Made by a program: the position numbers and the translations under genes. A model generated the notes under the pieces. It did no database searches and was not told the origin of the DNA. It worked only from the letters and a program-made list of their open reading frames with translations. 64,000 nucleotides of DNA, taken from assembly GCA_045535075.1 (NCBI GenBank), contig JAZSKX010000001.1, forward strand, positions 32,001 to 96,000, read 5' to 3'. The DNA comes from Candidatus Spyradenecus sp. GTDB taxonomy: Bacteria; Verrucomicrobiota; Verrucomicrobiia; Opitutales; UBA953. Positions 28,834 through 38,746 of the stretch are shown here, in pieces (the stretch's first letter is position 1; each line of letters starts with the position of its first letter).

Positions 28834-30039
28834 ATGAAAACGATTATGACTATTGCAACCGCATTGGTTGCGAATACAGCGTTTACTCTTGCCGCGGAAA
28901 CGCTTTGGTACGGTTCGTGGAATAGCACGGACTTCTATCTTTATAATTGCACGGCGACGACTCAAAGCGCGGATGGGCTTTGGCTTACGGTTGCCGGCGA
29001 TCATGTTATAGAGGACGGAGAAGAATTACTTTGGACCGGATCGTCTAATATCTTTCGCGTCGGTGTGCTTGAGGCTTCCTACAACAAAATTCAATTCAAA
29101 GATGAGGTACATCCCGAGTCTGCGGCGTTTGTCGATGCGTCGCTCCTTGTTCAAAAAGGGGGGATTCTTAAAGTCGGTAACGGCTTCCGTGTTGACGGGA
29201 ACGGATCTGTTACCGTCAAAGGCTCTGTCGAAGCCGGAATGAATTGTCCGAGTAACATTGCCGGACGCCAAATTAATGTTTATCAGGGAACACTTACTGT
29301 CGACGGAGGAACGTTTACGACTTATAACGGTTACGTCAATATCGGTTTGAATGCGGGTGGCGTCGGAAATTTAGTTGTAAAAAACGGAGGAAAATTTACA
29401 GATAAGGTAAAAGAAGGTTCTGACTCTATCGGCTGGTTTATTGTCGGTAGCGGCGGGAACGGGAATCTTACAATTGAGGAGGATTCGGTTGTTGATGTCG
29501 GCTCGTCGTATTTTTACGTCGGATACAATGGAGATGCCTCTGTTTCTGTTTCCGAATCCACACTTATTGCCGGCGGCATGGTCGTGTACGACGCGGGAAT
29601 TCTCGAAGTAAATAATGCGGGAGTATTAGAAGTGGATTCGTGGGCAGTTGTGGAATCCGGAGGCGATTTTTCCATGGATTCCGGAACAACGCTTCGTTTA
29701 CATGTTTCTGAATCAACCATCAATAGCGGGTATGTTGTTTTCGTCGCTGAGGGCGCTAATGTCTCCTTGGATAATGTAGCGGTAGAAATTATTCTTGAAG
29801 ACGGAGTTTCCATGGACTCGCTCCGGTCTGTTGAACTTATTTCCGGCTATGAGTCGCTTGAAGGGATTGCTTCGGCAACCCTTTATTCGGCTTCGAATCC
29901 AACCAGTATTCAACCCGTCAATCTTGCCGCCAGTAATGGCGGTATTGTCATCGCGATTCCGGAGCCTTCGATGTTTGGTTTGTTTGCGGCTCTGGGGGCT
30001 TTGGCGCTTGTCGGTGCGTGTCGCCGCAACCGCCGCTAA
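28834..30039 (+). CDS. PEP-CTERM surface protein with beta-helix/adhesin-like repeats
   Basis: Signal peptide at ATG 28834, Gly-rich G.G.L.V..GG repeats, tail IPEPSMFGLFAALGALALVGACRRNRR. Confidence 0.9.
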   Translation: MKTIMTIATALVANTAFTLAAETLWYGSWNSTDFYLYNCTATTQSADGLWLTVAGDHVIEDGEELLWTGSSNIFRVGVLEASYNKIQFKDEVHPESAAFVDASLLVQKGGILKVGNGFRVDGNGSVTVKGSVEAGMNCPSNIAGRQINVYQGTLTVDGGTFTTYNGYVNIGLNAGGVGNLVVKNGGKFTDKVKEGSDSIGWFIVGSGGNGNLTIEEDSVVDVGSSYFYVGYNGDASVSVSESTLIAGGMVVYDAGILEVNNAGVLEVDSWAVVESGGDFSMDSGTTLRLHVSESTINSGYVVFVAEGANVSLDNVAVEIILEDGVSMDSLRSVELISGYESLEGIASATLYSASNPTSIQPVNLAASNGGIVIAIPEPSMFGLFAALGALALVGACRRNRR

Positions 30040-30066
30040 TTTCAGTGAAGTTTAAGACTTCCCAAG

Positions 30067-30103
30067 AGCGTTCCCGCGATTTTTGACGCGGGAACGCTTT
30101 CTT
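30067..30103. terminator. Terminator built from an inverted CGGGAAC pair
   Basis: AGCGTTCCCGCG...CGCGGGAACGCT-TTCTTT between convergent genes. Confidence 0.85.
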
Positions 30104-30128
30104 TAACCTTTAATCTTTAATCTCCCCT

Positions 30129-31328
30129 CTAATCCGTCGGAAGCTCAATCACTTGCCACGGCAAGCCGCAGGTGTTGAGTTTTTCCATGAACGGATCCGG
30201 ATCGTTTTGTTCCATGTTCCAAACGCCGGGTTTGAGCCATTTGCCGTTTTGAAGCATCATTGCGCCGATCATCGCGGGAACGCCCGTTGTGTAGCTGATC
30301 GCCTGAGATTTGACTTCGCGGTAGCATTCCTGGTGGTCGCAAACGTTGTAAATAAACACTTTGCGTTTTTTGCCGTCCTTTGTTCCCGTGATTTCGCAAC
30401 CGATGCAGGTTTTGCCTTTCGTGCGCGGACCAAGCGAGGCGGGATCGGGCAGAATCGCTTTGAGGAATTGAATCGGAACAATTTTTTGTCCCTGAAATTC
30501 AATCGGGTCGATACGTGTCATGCCGACGTTTTGAAGCACGTTCAGGTGCGTCAGGTATTTGTCGGAAAATGTCATGAAAAAGCGGATACGCTTCAAGCCT
30601 TTGATGTTTTGGCAAAGCGATTCGAGCTCTTCGTGATACATCAGGTAGGCACTTTTTTCGCCGATGACGGGGAAATCGTATTCGCGGCGGATTTCGAGCG
30701 GTCCGGTTTCCTTCCATTCGCCTTCTTCCCAATAGCGTCCGCGCTGGGTGATTTCGCGAATGTTGATTTCCGGATTAAAGTTCGTGGCAAACGGGTAGCC
30801 GTGGTCGCCCGCGTTCGCGTCGAGAATATCGACGGTTTCGATTTCGTCGAAAAGGTGCTTTTGCGCGTAGGCGCAATAAACGTTCGTAACGCCCGGGTCG
30901 AAGCCGGAGCCGAGCAGGGCACAAAGCCCCGCTTTTTCAAAGCGTTCCCGGTAAGCCCATTGCCAGGAATATTCAAACTTCGCGTGATTCGGCGGTTCGT
31001 AGTTCGCGGTGTCAACGTAGTGCACGCCGGCATGCAAACACGCGTCCATGAGCGGCAAATCCTGATACGGGAGCGCAACGTTGATGAGCACTTGCGGCTT
31101 AAATTCCTTCAAAAGAGCGACAACTTCCTGCACGTTATCCGCATCGACTTTCGCTGTTTTAATCGTAACGCCGGTCGAATTTTTGACGTCCGTCGCAATC
31201 GCCTTGCATTTGTTTTCGTTGCGCGAGGCGAGCATGATTTCGCCGAACTCCGCCGCATTTTGAGCGACTTTGTGGGCGACGACGTTGCCGACTCCGCCCG
31301 CTCCGATGATAAGTGTTCTTTTTTCCAT
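30129..31328 (-). CDS. Saccharopine dehydrogenase family protein, probably carboxy(nor)spermidine dehydrogenase
   Basis: IIGAGGVG, NVALPYQD, DTANYE, GSGFDPG, ATNFNPEINIRE, YHEELESL, QAISYTTGVPA. Confidence 0.88.
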   Translation of the reverse strand: MEKRTLIIGAGGVGNVVAHKVAQNAAEFGEIMLASRNENKCKAIATDVKNSTGVTIKTAKVDADNVQEVVALLKEFKPQVLINVALPYQDLPLMDACLHAGVHYVDTANYEPPNHAKFEYSWQWAYRERFEKAGLCALLGSGFDPGVTNVYCAYAQKHLFDEIETVDILDANAGDHGYPFATNFNPEINIREITQRGRYWEEGEWKETGPLEIRREYDFPVIGEKSAYLMYHEELESLCQNIKGLKRIRFFMTFSDKYLTHLNVLQNVGMTRIDPIEFQGQKIVPIQFLKAILPDPASLGPRTKGKTCIGCEITGTKDGKKRKVFIYNVCDHQECYREVKSQAISYTTGVPAMIGAMMLQNGKWLKPGVWNMEQNDPDPFMEKLNTCGLPWQVIELPTD

Positions 31329-31532
31329 AAATGATTCGGTTAGATTTCTTTCGTTGATGCGATAAGCATAGCTGTTGTTCCCGTAAGAATTCAATTTTGT
31401 TTTATCGCAGAAGAAACTTGTCCGTGAAACGGACGTCGGCGAATCTGTTTACGAACGCGATGCGGATCAAAAAATCCGCATCAGATAAAAGCATCGGGTC
31501 GGAAATGTGCCGGCCGGTAAGCGGCAACTCGC

Positions 31533-33728
31533 TTACCAGTCCTTTTCGACTTGGCGCGTTTCGGCGTTGCGGATTTTTTGAATCGCTTTTCGGCGCTCGG
31601 CTTCTTCCTGTGCCATATCGCGCAGGACGGCTTCCGTGGCGGCTTGATCGAGTTCGCGATTTTCTTCAGCGCTTTCTTCCGCTTGTGCCTCGGCTTGATT
31701 TTCCGGTTCGCGGGAAAGATCGTCCTGTTTTTCGTTTTGTCCGTCGTTCCCGTCGTTTTGCTTTTCGGAGTTTTCGCCGTCGGCGTTTTGGTTTTCGGGT
31801 TGTTCCTGCTTTTCCCGGTCGCTTTGCTGATTTTTATCGGCTTCGGACTGAAGAATTTCGGCGGCTTTTTGCAAATGCTCTTCGGCTTTTTCGCCGTTCC
31901 CGCGTTTTTGTTCTTCCCGGGCTTTTTGAAGTTCTCGGCTCGCCTGTTGCGCGGCGTTTTTCAGCGCTTCATTGTTTAATTTTTCTGCCGATTGCTGCAT
32001 TTGTTCGGTTTGCTTTTGCGCCTGTTCCCGCGCTTGATCGGCGGCGTTTTGTTGCTTTTCCTGTTCGGATTTGTCGGCGTTTTCGTTTTTTTCTTGGTTG
32101 GATTGTTTCTGGTTTTGTGCGGCTTCCTGCGCTTTTTTCGCGGCTTCCTGCATTTGTTTTTTCAGCTCCTCAATTTGTTTTTTTAGGTCTTCGAGCTGCT
32201 TCATTTCGTTGAGCAGGATTTGCAGATTGCGCGTCGTTCCCGTAGCATCTTCGTTTTCATTCGCACAAAGAAAATCTCGGTAAAAGGCTCGCGCCTGTTC
32301 AAATTTATTCCCGGCGGAGTCGGCATTTTTCAACGCTTCGTCCAAATTTGTCTGCGCTGCGGCGGCGGTGCTTTCACTTCCGGCGCGTCCCTCTGCGTGG
32401 AATCCGGCCCCGAGATTTTGCGTGGCTGCGGCGCGCAATTCCGGAGAAAGTTGCGGGCGGGAGAGCGCGCTCTGATAAAGCTCGCGGGAACGCGTGATTT
32501 CGCCTTTTTCCTGGGCTTGAAGCCCGCGATTGTAAATCGTTTCGGCAGATTCCGGAGTTGCGGATTCATCTGCTGTGTCGCTCGCGCTTTCTTCTTGTGC
32601 CCGCGTCGGAAGCGTTCCCGCGAGTGCAATCAACAGCGTTGCCCACGCGAGCATTTTCGGCGCGCGAAGTAAAATACGAAATGCGTTGGCGCGCAATCCG
32701 TGCGTTTGCGAAATCGCTTCGCCGAGCAGGAGGTAAAGCGAAAAGGCAATGAGCGCGGGAACGAGAAACCATTCGCGGCGTTCGACGGGAACGGCGTGGA
32801 CATTTTCTTTTTGCGCTCCGGGAGTTAGTTTTTTTATCCACGCGGCAGCGAGCGTGTCGCCCATTTCCGTTGTCGTCGAGCGAATGTAAACGCCACCGGT
32901 TTTTGCGGCAAGTTCCGCAAGCGGCGTTTCCTCAAGACGTGTGTTGACGGTGTTGCCGTCGCGGTCTTTGAGGTAGCTTGTGCGCCCGCTTTCGTCGCGG
33001 AGCGGAATCGGTGCGGCGACGGCGGGATCGCCGACTCCGACAACAACGACCGGCAGCTTCGCCGCACGGAGCTTTTCCGCTTCACGGGCGAGCGAGCCGC
33101 TGAGTTCGCCGCCGTCGGAGATAAGAACAATCGCGCAGTGTCCGAGATTTTCCGCCGTTTCAAAAGCCGATGCGGCGGTCTTCAGCGCCGCTTCAAGATT
33201 GGTTCCGCCGACGGGAACGGTGCCGATTTGTTGGTCGTTTAAAATGGTTTTGAAGCTGACGCGGTCGAAGGTGAGCGGGCAGGCGTCAAAAGCTCTTCCC
33301 GCAAAGGAAACCAAGCCGAAGCGGTCGCCGGGCAGGCGTGCCGTGAGCTCGTCGGCAAAGCGCTTGGCGTGTTCCAGACGGTTAGGCTTAATATCTTCGC
33401 AAAGCATGGACTTGGAGAGATCGAGCGCGATAACGATGTCCCTTCCCGCGCCGGTGAAGGGGACAATTTTCTCTCCCCAGGTCGGGCGTGCCCAGGCGGC
33501 GACAAGGAGCAGGGCGCTTGCAAGCAAAAGCAAAAAGCGGATGCTACGTTTGCCGGGCGATACGCTTACGCCGACGGGAACGGCTTCGCTATCCGGGAAA
33601 TGTGCGGCACCGAGCAATTGCTTCAGTGCGTTGCGGCGACGGCGGGAAGCCCATGCGGCGAGGGCGAGTATCGCGGGAACAATCCAAAGCAGATGCCAAA
33701 AGCGTTCGGGATAAATGAAAAATTCCAT
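31533..33728 (-). CDS. BatB-like VWA protein fused to a BatC-like TPR and Gln-rich region
   Basis: DLSKSM MIDAS motif, GGTNL, ISDG; TPR-like IYNRG/NLG; Q/E-rich tail ending VEKDW. Confidence 0.85.
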   Translation of the reverse strand: MEFFIYPERFWHLLWIVPAILALAAWASRRRRNALKQLLGAAHFPDSEAVPVGVSVSPGKRSIRFLLLLASALLLVAAWARPTWGEKIVPFTGAGRDIVIALDLSKSMLCEDIKPNRLEHAKRFADELTARLPGDRFGLVSFAGRAFDACPLTFDRVSFKTILNDQQIGTVPVGGTNLEAALKTAASAFETAENLGHCAIVLISDGGELSGSLAREAEKLRAAKLPVVVVGVGDPAVAAPIPLRDESGRTSYLKDRDGNTVNTRLEETPLAELAAKTGGVYIRSTTTEMGDTLAAAWIKKLTPGAQKENVHAVPVERREWFLVPALIAFSLYLLLGEAISQTHGLRANAFRILLRAPKMLAWATLLIALAGTLPTRAQEESASDTADESATPESAETIYNRGLQAQEKGEITRSRELYQSALSRPQLSPELRAAATQNLGAGFHAEGRAGSESTAAAAQTNLDEALKNADSAGNKFEQARAFYRDFLCANENEDATGTTRNLQILLNEMKQLEDLKKQIEELKKQMQEAAKKAQEAAQNQKQSNQEKNENADKSEQEKQQNAADQAREQAQKQTEQMQQSAEKLNNEALKNAAQQASRELQKAREEQKRGNGEKAEEHLQKAAEILQSEADKNQQSDREKQEQPENQNADGENSEKQNDGNDGQNEKQDDLSREPENQAEAQAEESAEENRELDQAATEAVLRDMAQEEAERRKAIQKIRNAETRQVEKDW

Positions 33729-33752
33729 AGCGGGTTTGTCGTTAAAATCTGT

Positions 33753-34790
33753 TTACGGGAAACGAAGAAACACGGTTCGCGAAAGCGCGAAGCCAAGCAG
33801 GAGGAAGATAAGCGCGGCGCCGGCAAAGCTGTCTGCTTTTTCGTCGTAAAGCGCGATTTTCGGAAGTTCTTCGGGTGTTTTTTCGAGTTCGTCAATGGCG
33901 GCGAGTGCGGCGCGCATGGCTTCGCGATCGTCGGCGGCGTAATAGTGCCCGCCGGTTGTTTCGGCGATTTTTTTCAAAAGCGCTTCATCGAATCCGTTCG
34001 GATAGGAGACGAGCTGTTTGCCGAAAAAGCCGCGTTGCTCGACGTAGGAGCGGCGGCTTCCGATGCCGACGGTGTGAACGGTAAGTTTGTAATCGTGCGC
34101 GATTTTGGCTGCCTGTTCGGGAGTTACTTTGTTTTGAACGGTGTTTGAACCGTCCGTGAAAAGTACCATGACTTTGCGTTCTGCATCGGAATCTTTCGTA
34201 CGATCGACAACGGAAATAATCGGCGCGGCGAGTCCGGTTCCTTCTCCGATGCTGTGAAGCTCCAGCGAGGAAATTTGTTTGAGCAGCCATGCGTGATCGA
34301 GCGTCGGCGGGCAAACGGCGTAGGGCAGGTCGGCGAATGCGATGAGTCCGATTCGGTCGTTCGGGCGTTCCCGGATAAATCGTTCAATTTCTTCTTTGCA
34401 GACATCGAGGCGGCGGAGTGTTTCCCCGGCTTCGTGTGCGCGTCGGATTTCGGCGTCGCTGCGCAGATTTTTTGCGGGATCGAATGCAGCCATGGAGTCC
34501 GAAAGGTCGATGGCAATCATGATGTCGACGCCCTCGCTTTTTTGGCGGATTTCACCGGCGTCGAAGCGTGGTCCCGCGAGAGCGAAAATCATCAGTGTTC
34601 CCGCGATGGCGTAAAATACGGCGGGAACGATGCGTGCGATTGAAATGCGTTTAAGCTTTCCGTCGGGAAGGCGGGCGATTGAGGGAATTTGCAGTGCCGG
34701 CTCGCGTTTGGTGAGTTGGCGCAGAAGCAGTAGCGCCAAGGGAACGAGCAGGGCGAGCGCCCAAGGGAATTGAAGATGAAAATTTTCCAT
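33753..34790 (-). CDS. BatA-like VWA domain protein
   Basis: F..PWAL N-terminus, DLSDSM, DRIGLIAF, PPTLDH, FTDG, TTGGHYY. Confidence 0.9.
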   Translation of the reverse strand: MENFHLQFPWALALLVPLALLLLRQLTKREPALQIPSIARLPDGKLKRISIARIVPAVFYAIAGTLMIFALAGPRFDAGEIRQKSEGVDIMIAIDLSDSMAAFDPAKNLRSDAEIRRAHEAGETLRRLDVCKEEIERFIRERPNDRIGLIAFADLPYAVCPPTLDHAWLLKQISSLELHSIGEGTGLAAPIISVVDRTKDSDAERKVMVLFTDGSNTVQNKVTPEQAAKIAHDYKLTVHTVGIGSRRSYVEQRGFFGKQLVSYPNGFDEALLKKIAETTGGHYYAADDREAMRAALAAIDELEKTPEELPKIALYDEKADSFAGAALIFLLLGFALSRTVFLRFP

Positions 34791-34803
34791 GGCAGGGAAG
34801 CGA

Positions 34804-35793
34804 TTACTTTTTTTCGGCGGGATTTTCGGGCGCGGGAACGGTTTCGCGAATAAGCGATGATGCGCGATCGAGCGCCGTGTGCGCTTGGTCGGAGGTGGCG
34901 GCGAATCCGGCAAATTTTATCAAATCGGCAGCGCTCAGGAATTCCCGTAGAAATTGCTTGTGCTTGGCGGCGAGCGGGCTGTCCGCGCGTTCCATTAAAG
35001 CAAAAAACTCCGGCGAAGTCATCGCATCGGCTGAAAGCCCGAAGCGGCGGGAAAGGTAGCGGCGGACAATATCGGAAAGCCGCGTGACGACGGCGATGGC
35101 GCCTGCGCGTCCGGAATCAATTTCGTTTCTTAGCGCATCGAGTTCAATTTGTGCCAATTCCCAAGCCGGAAGTTCCGGGGCGATTTTTTGTTTTTTTCTT
35201 CGAACAAAAATCAAAACGGCAAGCGCAATCAGGGGAAGTGCAATTGCCGCGAGCCAGAGCCAAGAGTTTTTTTCGACAGGCGGATTTTCGTCGAGCGTTC
35301 CCGCGAGGTGCAGCTTTTCTCCGGGTTGCGTTTCGGGAAGGACAGCGAAAATCGGCGGCAGTTCCGGAGTGCGGGTTTGGAGGTTCCCGTCGGCATTTGC
35401 CGTAATGGAGATTTTTGCGTTTTCAAACGTTCCCGCCTTGAATGCGACGAGCGAAAGGCGAATCTCGCCGCGGCGATGCGTCCATGAAAACTCAAAATTC
35501 TGCTCCGTTTTTTCGCGGGTGGCGAGCCCGTCGGGAAGTGAAAATTCGATTTGGAACGGCGTCGCGAAGGAAAACGCACTGGTCGTTTCCAGGCGAACTT
35601 CGAAAGGCTTGCCCACGGGAACGCCTTGGGCGGAATCCGTTGCGGCGGCGGGAAGTTCGGGCTCTGAAACCGTGAACGTTTCCGCAAGGATTTCGCGGCG
35701 GGCAAAAAATCCGATGACGCCGCCTGCAATGAGCACTCCCGCAAGCAAAACGGCAATTACGATACCGAAAATTTTCAAAAATCGTTTTTTCAT
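34804..35793 (-). CDS. Bat-operon membrane protein (DUF4381-like)
   Basis: TM helix, then LSDIVRRYL...MTS.EF...ADLIKFA, typical of the gene preceding batA. Confidence 0.75.
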   Translation of the reverse strand: MKKRFLKIFGIVIAVLLAGVLIAGGVIGFFARREILAETFTVSEPELPAAATDSAQGVPVGKPFEVRLETTSAFSFATPFQIEFSLPDGLATREKTEQNFEFSWTHRRGEIRLSLVAFKAGTFENAKISITANADGNLQTRTPELPPIFAVLPETQPGEKLHLAGTLDENPPVEKNSWLWLAAIALPLIALAVLIFVRRKKQKIAPELPAWELAQIELDALRNEIDSGRAGAIAVVTRLSDIVRRYLSRRFGLSADAMTSPEFFALMERADSPLAAKHKQFLREFLSAADLIKFAGFAATSDQAHTALDRASSLIRETVPAPENPAEKK

Positions 35794-35866
35794 TCCAAAA
35801 AAAATGTCTGCACAGAGTTTTAAGGAAAAAGCGGCGTCAATACAGTGTTTTATTCAAATTTCTGAT

Positions 35867-35909
35867 ACAAAAAAGCGTTCCCGCGAAATTCACGGGAACG
35901 CTTTTTTGT
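35867..35909. terminator. Terminator built from an inverted CGGGAAC pair
   Basis: ACAAAAAAGCGTTCCCGCGAA-A-TTCACGGGAACGCTTTTTTGT. Confidence 0.88.
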
Positions 35910-35922
35910 TCGGAAAACGAGA

Positions 35923-37074
35923 TTAGAAACGAATACCGCCGCCGAACTGAATGACCGGATAAACGTACATGTCGTTCAGGAAGTCCGCAACCTTGTCAAC
36001 CGCGTCACGAACGTTCCCGTCGAACTGCTGAAGCGACGACATCGCGTCCGCGTCTCCGGCTTCCGGAGGAACGGAGCCCGGTTCGCCGTGCGTGGAAAGC
36101 CACTGGCCGTTGCGATAGAATCTCGGCTCTCCGCTTTCGGCGTAGTTGCCTTCGCCAAGGTAGGCAAGACCAAGGTCAATAGAGAAATAGAGCGTACGCT
36201 TTTGACCGCCGTCCGTAGACCAACCGATGCCGAGATACGGGCAGAACTCATTATCCCAATCTCCGGACATATTGTATTCCGAATAGACATCGTAGCGGGC
36301 TTGGGTCGGCATTCCGCCTACGGGTGTATAGTAGCCGTAAGAGGTTCCGTGGTATTTCGCGGATGCGCGGATGCGCGGATCCATTTTAATGATACCGGCG
36401 GTAACGCGGAACTGCGAGGCGCGCGGGTGCCAGTCAAAGAAAAGCCCCATGTTGTCGCGGTTTTTCCACTCAAGATCAATGTTTGTGTCGGAAAGTTCAA
36501 TCGTTGTGTCGAGTTCTCCCGTGGCGTAGTGCGCACGTACCTTGAAGTATTTGTTGAATTCGTAACCGACTTGGATCCCGATACCGAGCGTACCGACGTT
36601 CGGCGTGACGGTGAAGCCCCAGGCGTCGCCCCAACCCCAGTCAACGACATCGTTGCGGTTTTCGTAGGAGAGGAAAAGCTTGTGAGCTTCGCCGAGCATG
36701 TTTTCGACGCGCGCCGTCGCCTCGGGAGAGGCAATTGTTTCCGCCATCGGATCAATGAAATCGTCCCCGAAAACTTTGCTGATGGCATTGCGGCGATCCT
36801 GTTCCGTCGTAAAGGTTACCTTGATTGCTTCGGCGATGTCGCGGAATTGTTCGTCCGGCGGAAGGTCTTCAAGCCAGCCGGCATCAAGGTCGAGCTCGTC
36901 GATAATCGGATCGTCGTTCTCGATCGTTTTTTGCATTTGCTGGAGCGCCGCGATAGACATTTCCGTCTTCGGAGCCGGTTGGTTCTGCGCTTCCCCGGAA
37001 GTCGGAGTTGCCGCAAACGCCGGAATAATCGCAGCCGCCGCAAAGAATGCTGTCGGAAGGAGGAGGTTTTTCAT
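35923..37074 (-). CDS. Outer-membrane beta-barrel protein with an acidic N-terminal extension
   Basis: Signal peptide; VGTLGIG, FFDWHP, PYLGIGW, YPVIQFGGGIRF with terminal Phe. Confidence 0.75.
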   Translation of the reverse strand: MKNLLLPTAFFAAAAIIPAFAATPTSGEAQNQPAPKTEMSIAALQQMQKTIENDDPIIDELDLDAGWLEDLPPDEQFRDIAEAIKVTFTTEQDRRNAISKVFGDDFIDPMAETIASPEATARVENMLGEAHKLFLSYENRNDVVDWGWGDAWGFTVTPNVGTLGIGIQVGYEFNKYFKVRAHYATGELDTTIELSDTNIDLEWKNRDNMGLFFDWHPRASQFRVTAGIIKMDPRIRASAKYHGTSYGYYTPVGGMPTQARYDVYSEYNMSGDWDNEFCPYLGIGWSTDGGQKRTLYFSIDLGLAYLGEGNYAESGEPRFYRNGQWLSTHGEPGSVPPEAGDADAMSSLQQFDGNVRDAVDKVADFLNDMYVYPVIQFGGGIRF

Positions 37075-37313
37075 AGTCTCGTTGGTGTTTAGGTTGATAT
37101 TTAGGTTAATTAATCGAACATTTTGACAGAAATAGTTTGACTTGCAAGCTTAAAATGTTTGACAAGGGTGTCAATTTTCCGGCTTCGGTGCGGGAACGCC
37201 TTTTCTCGGAAATTTATAAGTGTTGTCGGAGTTTTGGAAAAGATTCTTTTGATGAAAACTATTCTTGCGCAATCCATGCAAAGTTAATAGGGTTTGTGTA
37301 ATTTATTAAGACT

Positions 37314-38108
37314 ATGAAAAAACTACTATTAATCGGAACCGTTCTATTAACCGCAAATTCTGCCGTAGCCAACGTCTACGACATTCTTACGTGGGGCTCT
37401 GGCTCAATCTCCGGCGGACAAAAATTGGAAGTTACAGGATTTACACAAGATCAAAATTGGAATGCGAAGAATACAAACGTAAATATTGCTTTTACGATTA
37501 ACGGAACTGCCGGGATAAATGACTCTTCTGCTTTACCTCTTAATAAATTTAATCCTGAAGCTTGGGTAAATTCAGAAGCATTGGAAGCGCTGAGTGCCTC
37601 TACAGGAAAAACAAAGAGTGATTTTAGCGGGCTGACGTCTGGAATTTATGTTGGCGGGAAACAAGGTTTGGCAACAGATGGAATTCGACTCACGTTTTCT
37701 GGTTTTGAGAAGGACAAGACATATAAGCTTTCTTTGCTTGTTAGTTCGCAAGATGGTCGATTAAACATTAGAACGCAAGGGGCTGGAGCTTCTACGAAGG
37801 GACTTGATGTTGTTTGTCAATACGGCGATATGACGGGGCAGAGTTGGGATTCTGTAAGTAATCAACTTTTGGGTGCTTCTGTGAAGTCAAATTCTCAAAC
37901 ACTTATTTCTTTTGATATTACGGCAACAAGTGGAAGTAATGCTCTTGTTTTGTTTTTTGACAATGTTACAACATCGTCCGGGGTTTCAGCTTCGGCGATT
38001 GATTTTATTGCGATTGGAGCGATTCCGGAGCCTTCAGCGTTTGGAATGTTAGCAGGTTTGGGCGCTCTTGCGTTTGTCGGGGCGCGCCGCCGCCGCAACC
38101 GCCGCTAA
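37314..38108 (+). CDS. PEP-CTERM sorting domain surface protein
   Basis: Signal peptide and tail IPEPSAFGMLAGLGALAFVGARRRRNRR; AT-rich body. Confidence 0.93.
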   Translation: MKKLLLIGTVLLTANSAVANVYDILTWGSGSISGGQKLEVTGFTQDQNWNAKNTNVNIAFTINGTAGINDSSALPLNKFNPEAWVNSEALEALSASTGKTKSDFSGLTSGIYVGGKQGLATDGIRLTFSGFEKDKTYKLSLLVSSQDGRLNIRTQGAGASTKGLDVVCQYGDMTGQSWDSVSNQLLGASVKSNSQTLISFDITATSGSNALVLFFDNVTTSSGVSASAIDFIAIGAIPEPSAFGMLAGLGALAFVGARRRRNRR

Positions 38109-38420
38109 TCGCGGCGGCAGATTGCGGAAATTTCCGACCGGATGATCGAATGTCTCGGTCGTATTGAATTTAACAAACTCCGATTAATTTAATTTTCTCG
38201 CTAACGCTCGACTTTGAGTAAGGCGCTATCCGAGCAGAAATTGATTTAATCGGAGTTTGTTTTTCTTCGGGAATTCTCGTTCCCGCGATTGGCTCTCCCG
38301 TAGAGTCAGCGAATTTCGCCAAGTAGGAATCTTTACGGCCGGATTTTGCGTCGTTCGTTTTTTTTGCGGCGGATAAAGAACACATATTTTTCTGTATATA
38401 CGATTCTCGTTTTTGTTTGG

Positions 38421-38448
38421 AAAGCTCCCGCATCTCAGCGGGAGCTTT
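38421..38448. terminator. Hairpin 3' of small peptide gene, copy 1
   Basis: AAAGCTCCCGC-ATCTCA-GCGGGAGCTTT. Confidence 0.65.
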
Positions 38449-38452
38449 TACC

Positions 38453-38515
38453 TTATTTTTTAATTGACTCCAAAAGTAGGAGAATCAAAATAAGAACCAC
38501 TATTATGGATTCCAT
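38453..38515 (-). CDS. 20-aa hydrophobic peptide MESIIVVLILILLLLESIKK, putative type I toxin (copy 1)
   Basis: GAAAGGA Shine-Dalgarno 8 nt upstream of the ATG. 17/20 identical to the copy at 48730, with mostly synonymous differences. Confidence 0.75.
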   Translation of the reverse strand: MESIIVVLILILLLLESIKK

Positions 38516-38532
38516 CACGGGATTCCTTTCTA

Positions 38533-38569
38533 AGCCGCGAGAGTTGCCGCTCTCGCGGTTCTTTGTTTT
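38533..38569 (+). terminator. Antisense-oriented terminator, putative 3' end of an antitoxin sRNA (copy 1)
   Basis: AGCCGCGAGAG-TTGCCG-CTCTCGCGGTT-CTTTGTTTT. The T tract is on the strand opposite the peptide. Confidence 0.6.
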
Positions 38570-38746
38570 AGCCCCGAGCCCGCTCTAACCAATCGCGCGG
38601 GCATTGCCGCGATCGGTTGTTGAAAAGTGTCCGAAAATCCCGGCAAAAAAGGCAAGCGTTTTTTCGGAAAACAAAAGAAAAACAACGCCCGCAAAGGCTT
38701 CAATCCTCTCGCATTGTTTCAGGTAAGGTGTTTTTATGAGGCACAT

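Noticed and set aside
38170..38588. Track ORFs 38170-38433 and 38346-38588
   Set aside because: No motifs. The conserved signal here is the 20-codon ORF and its hairpins.
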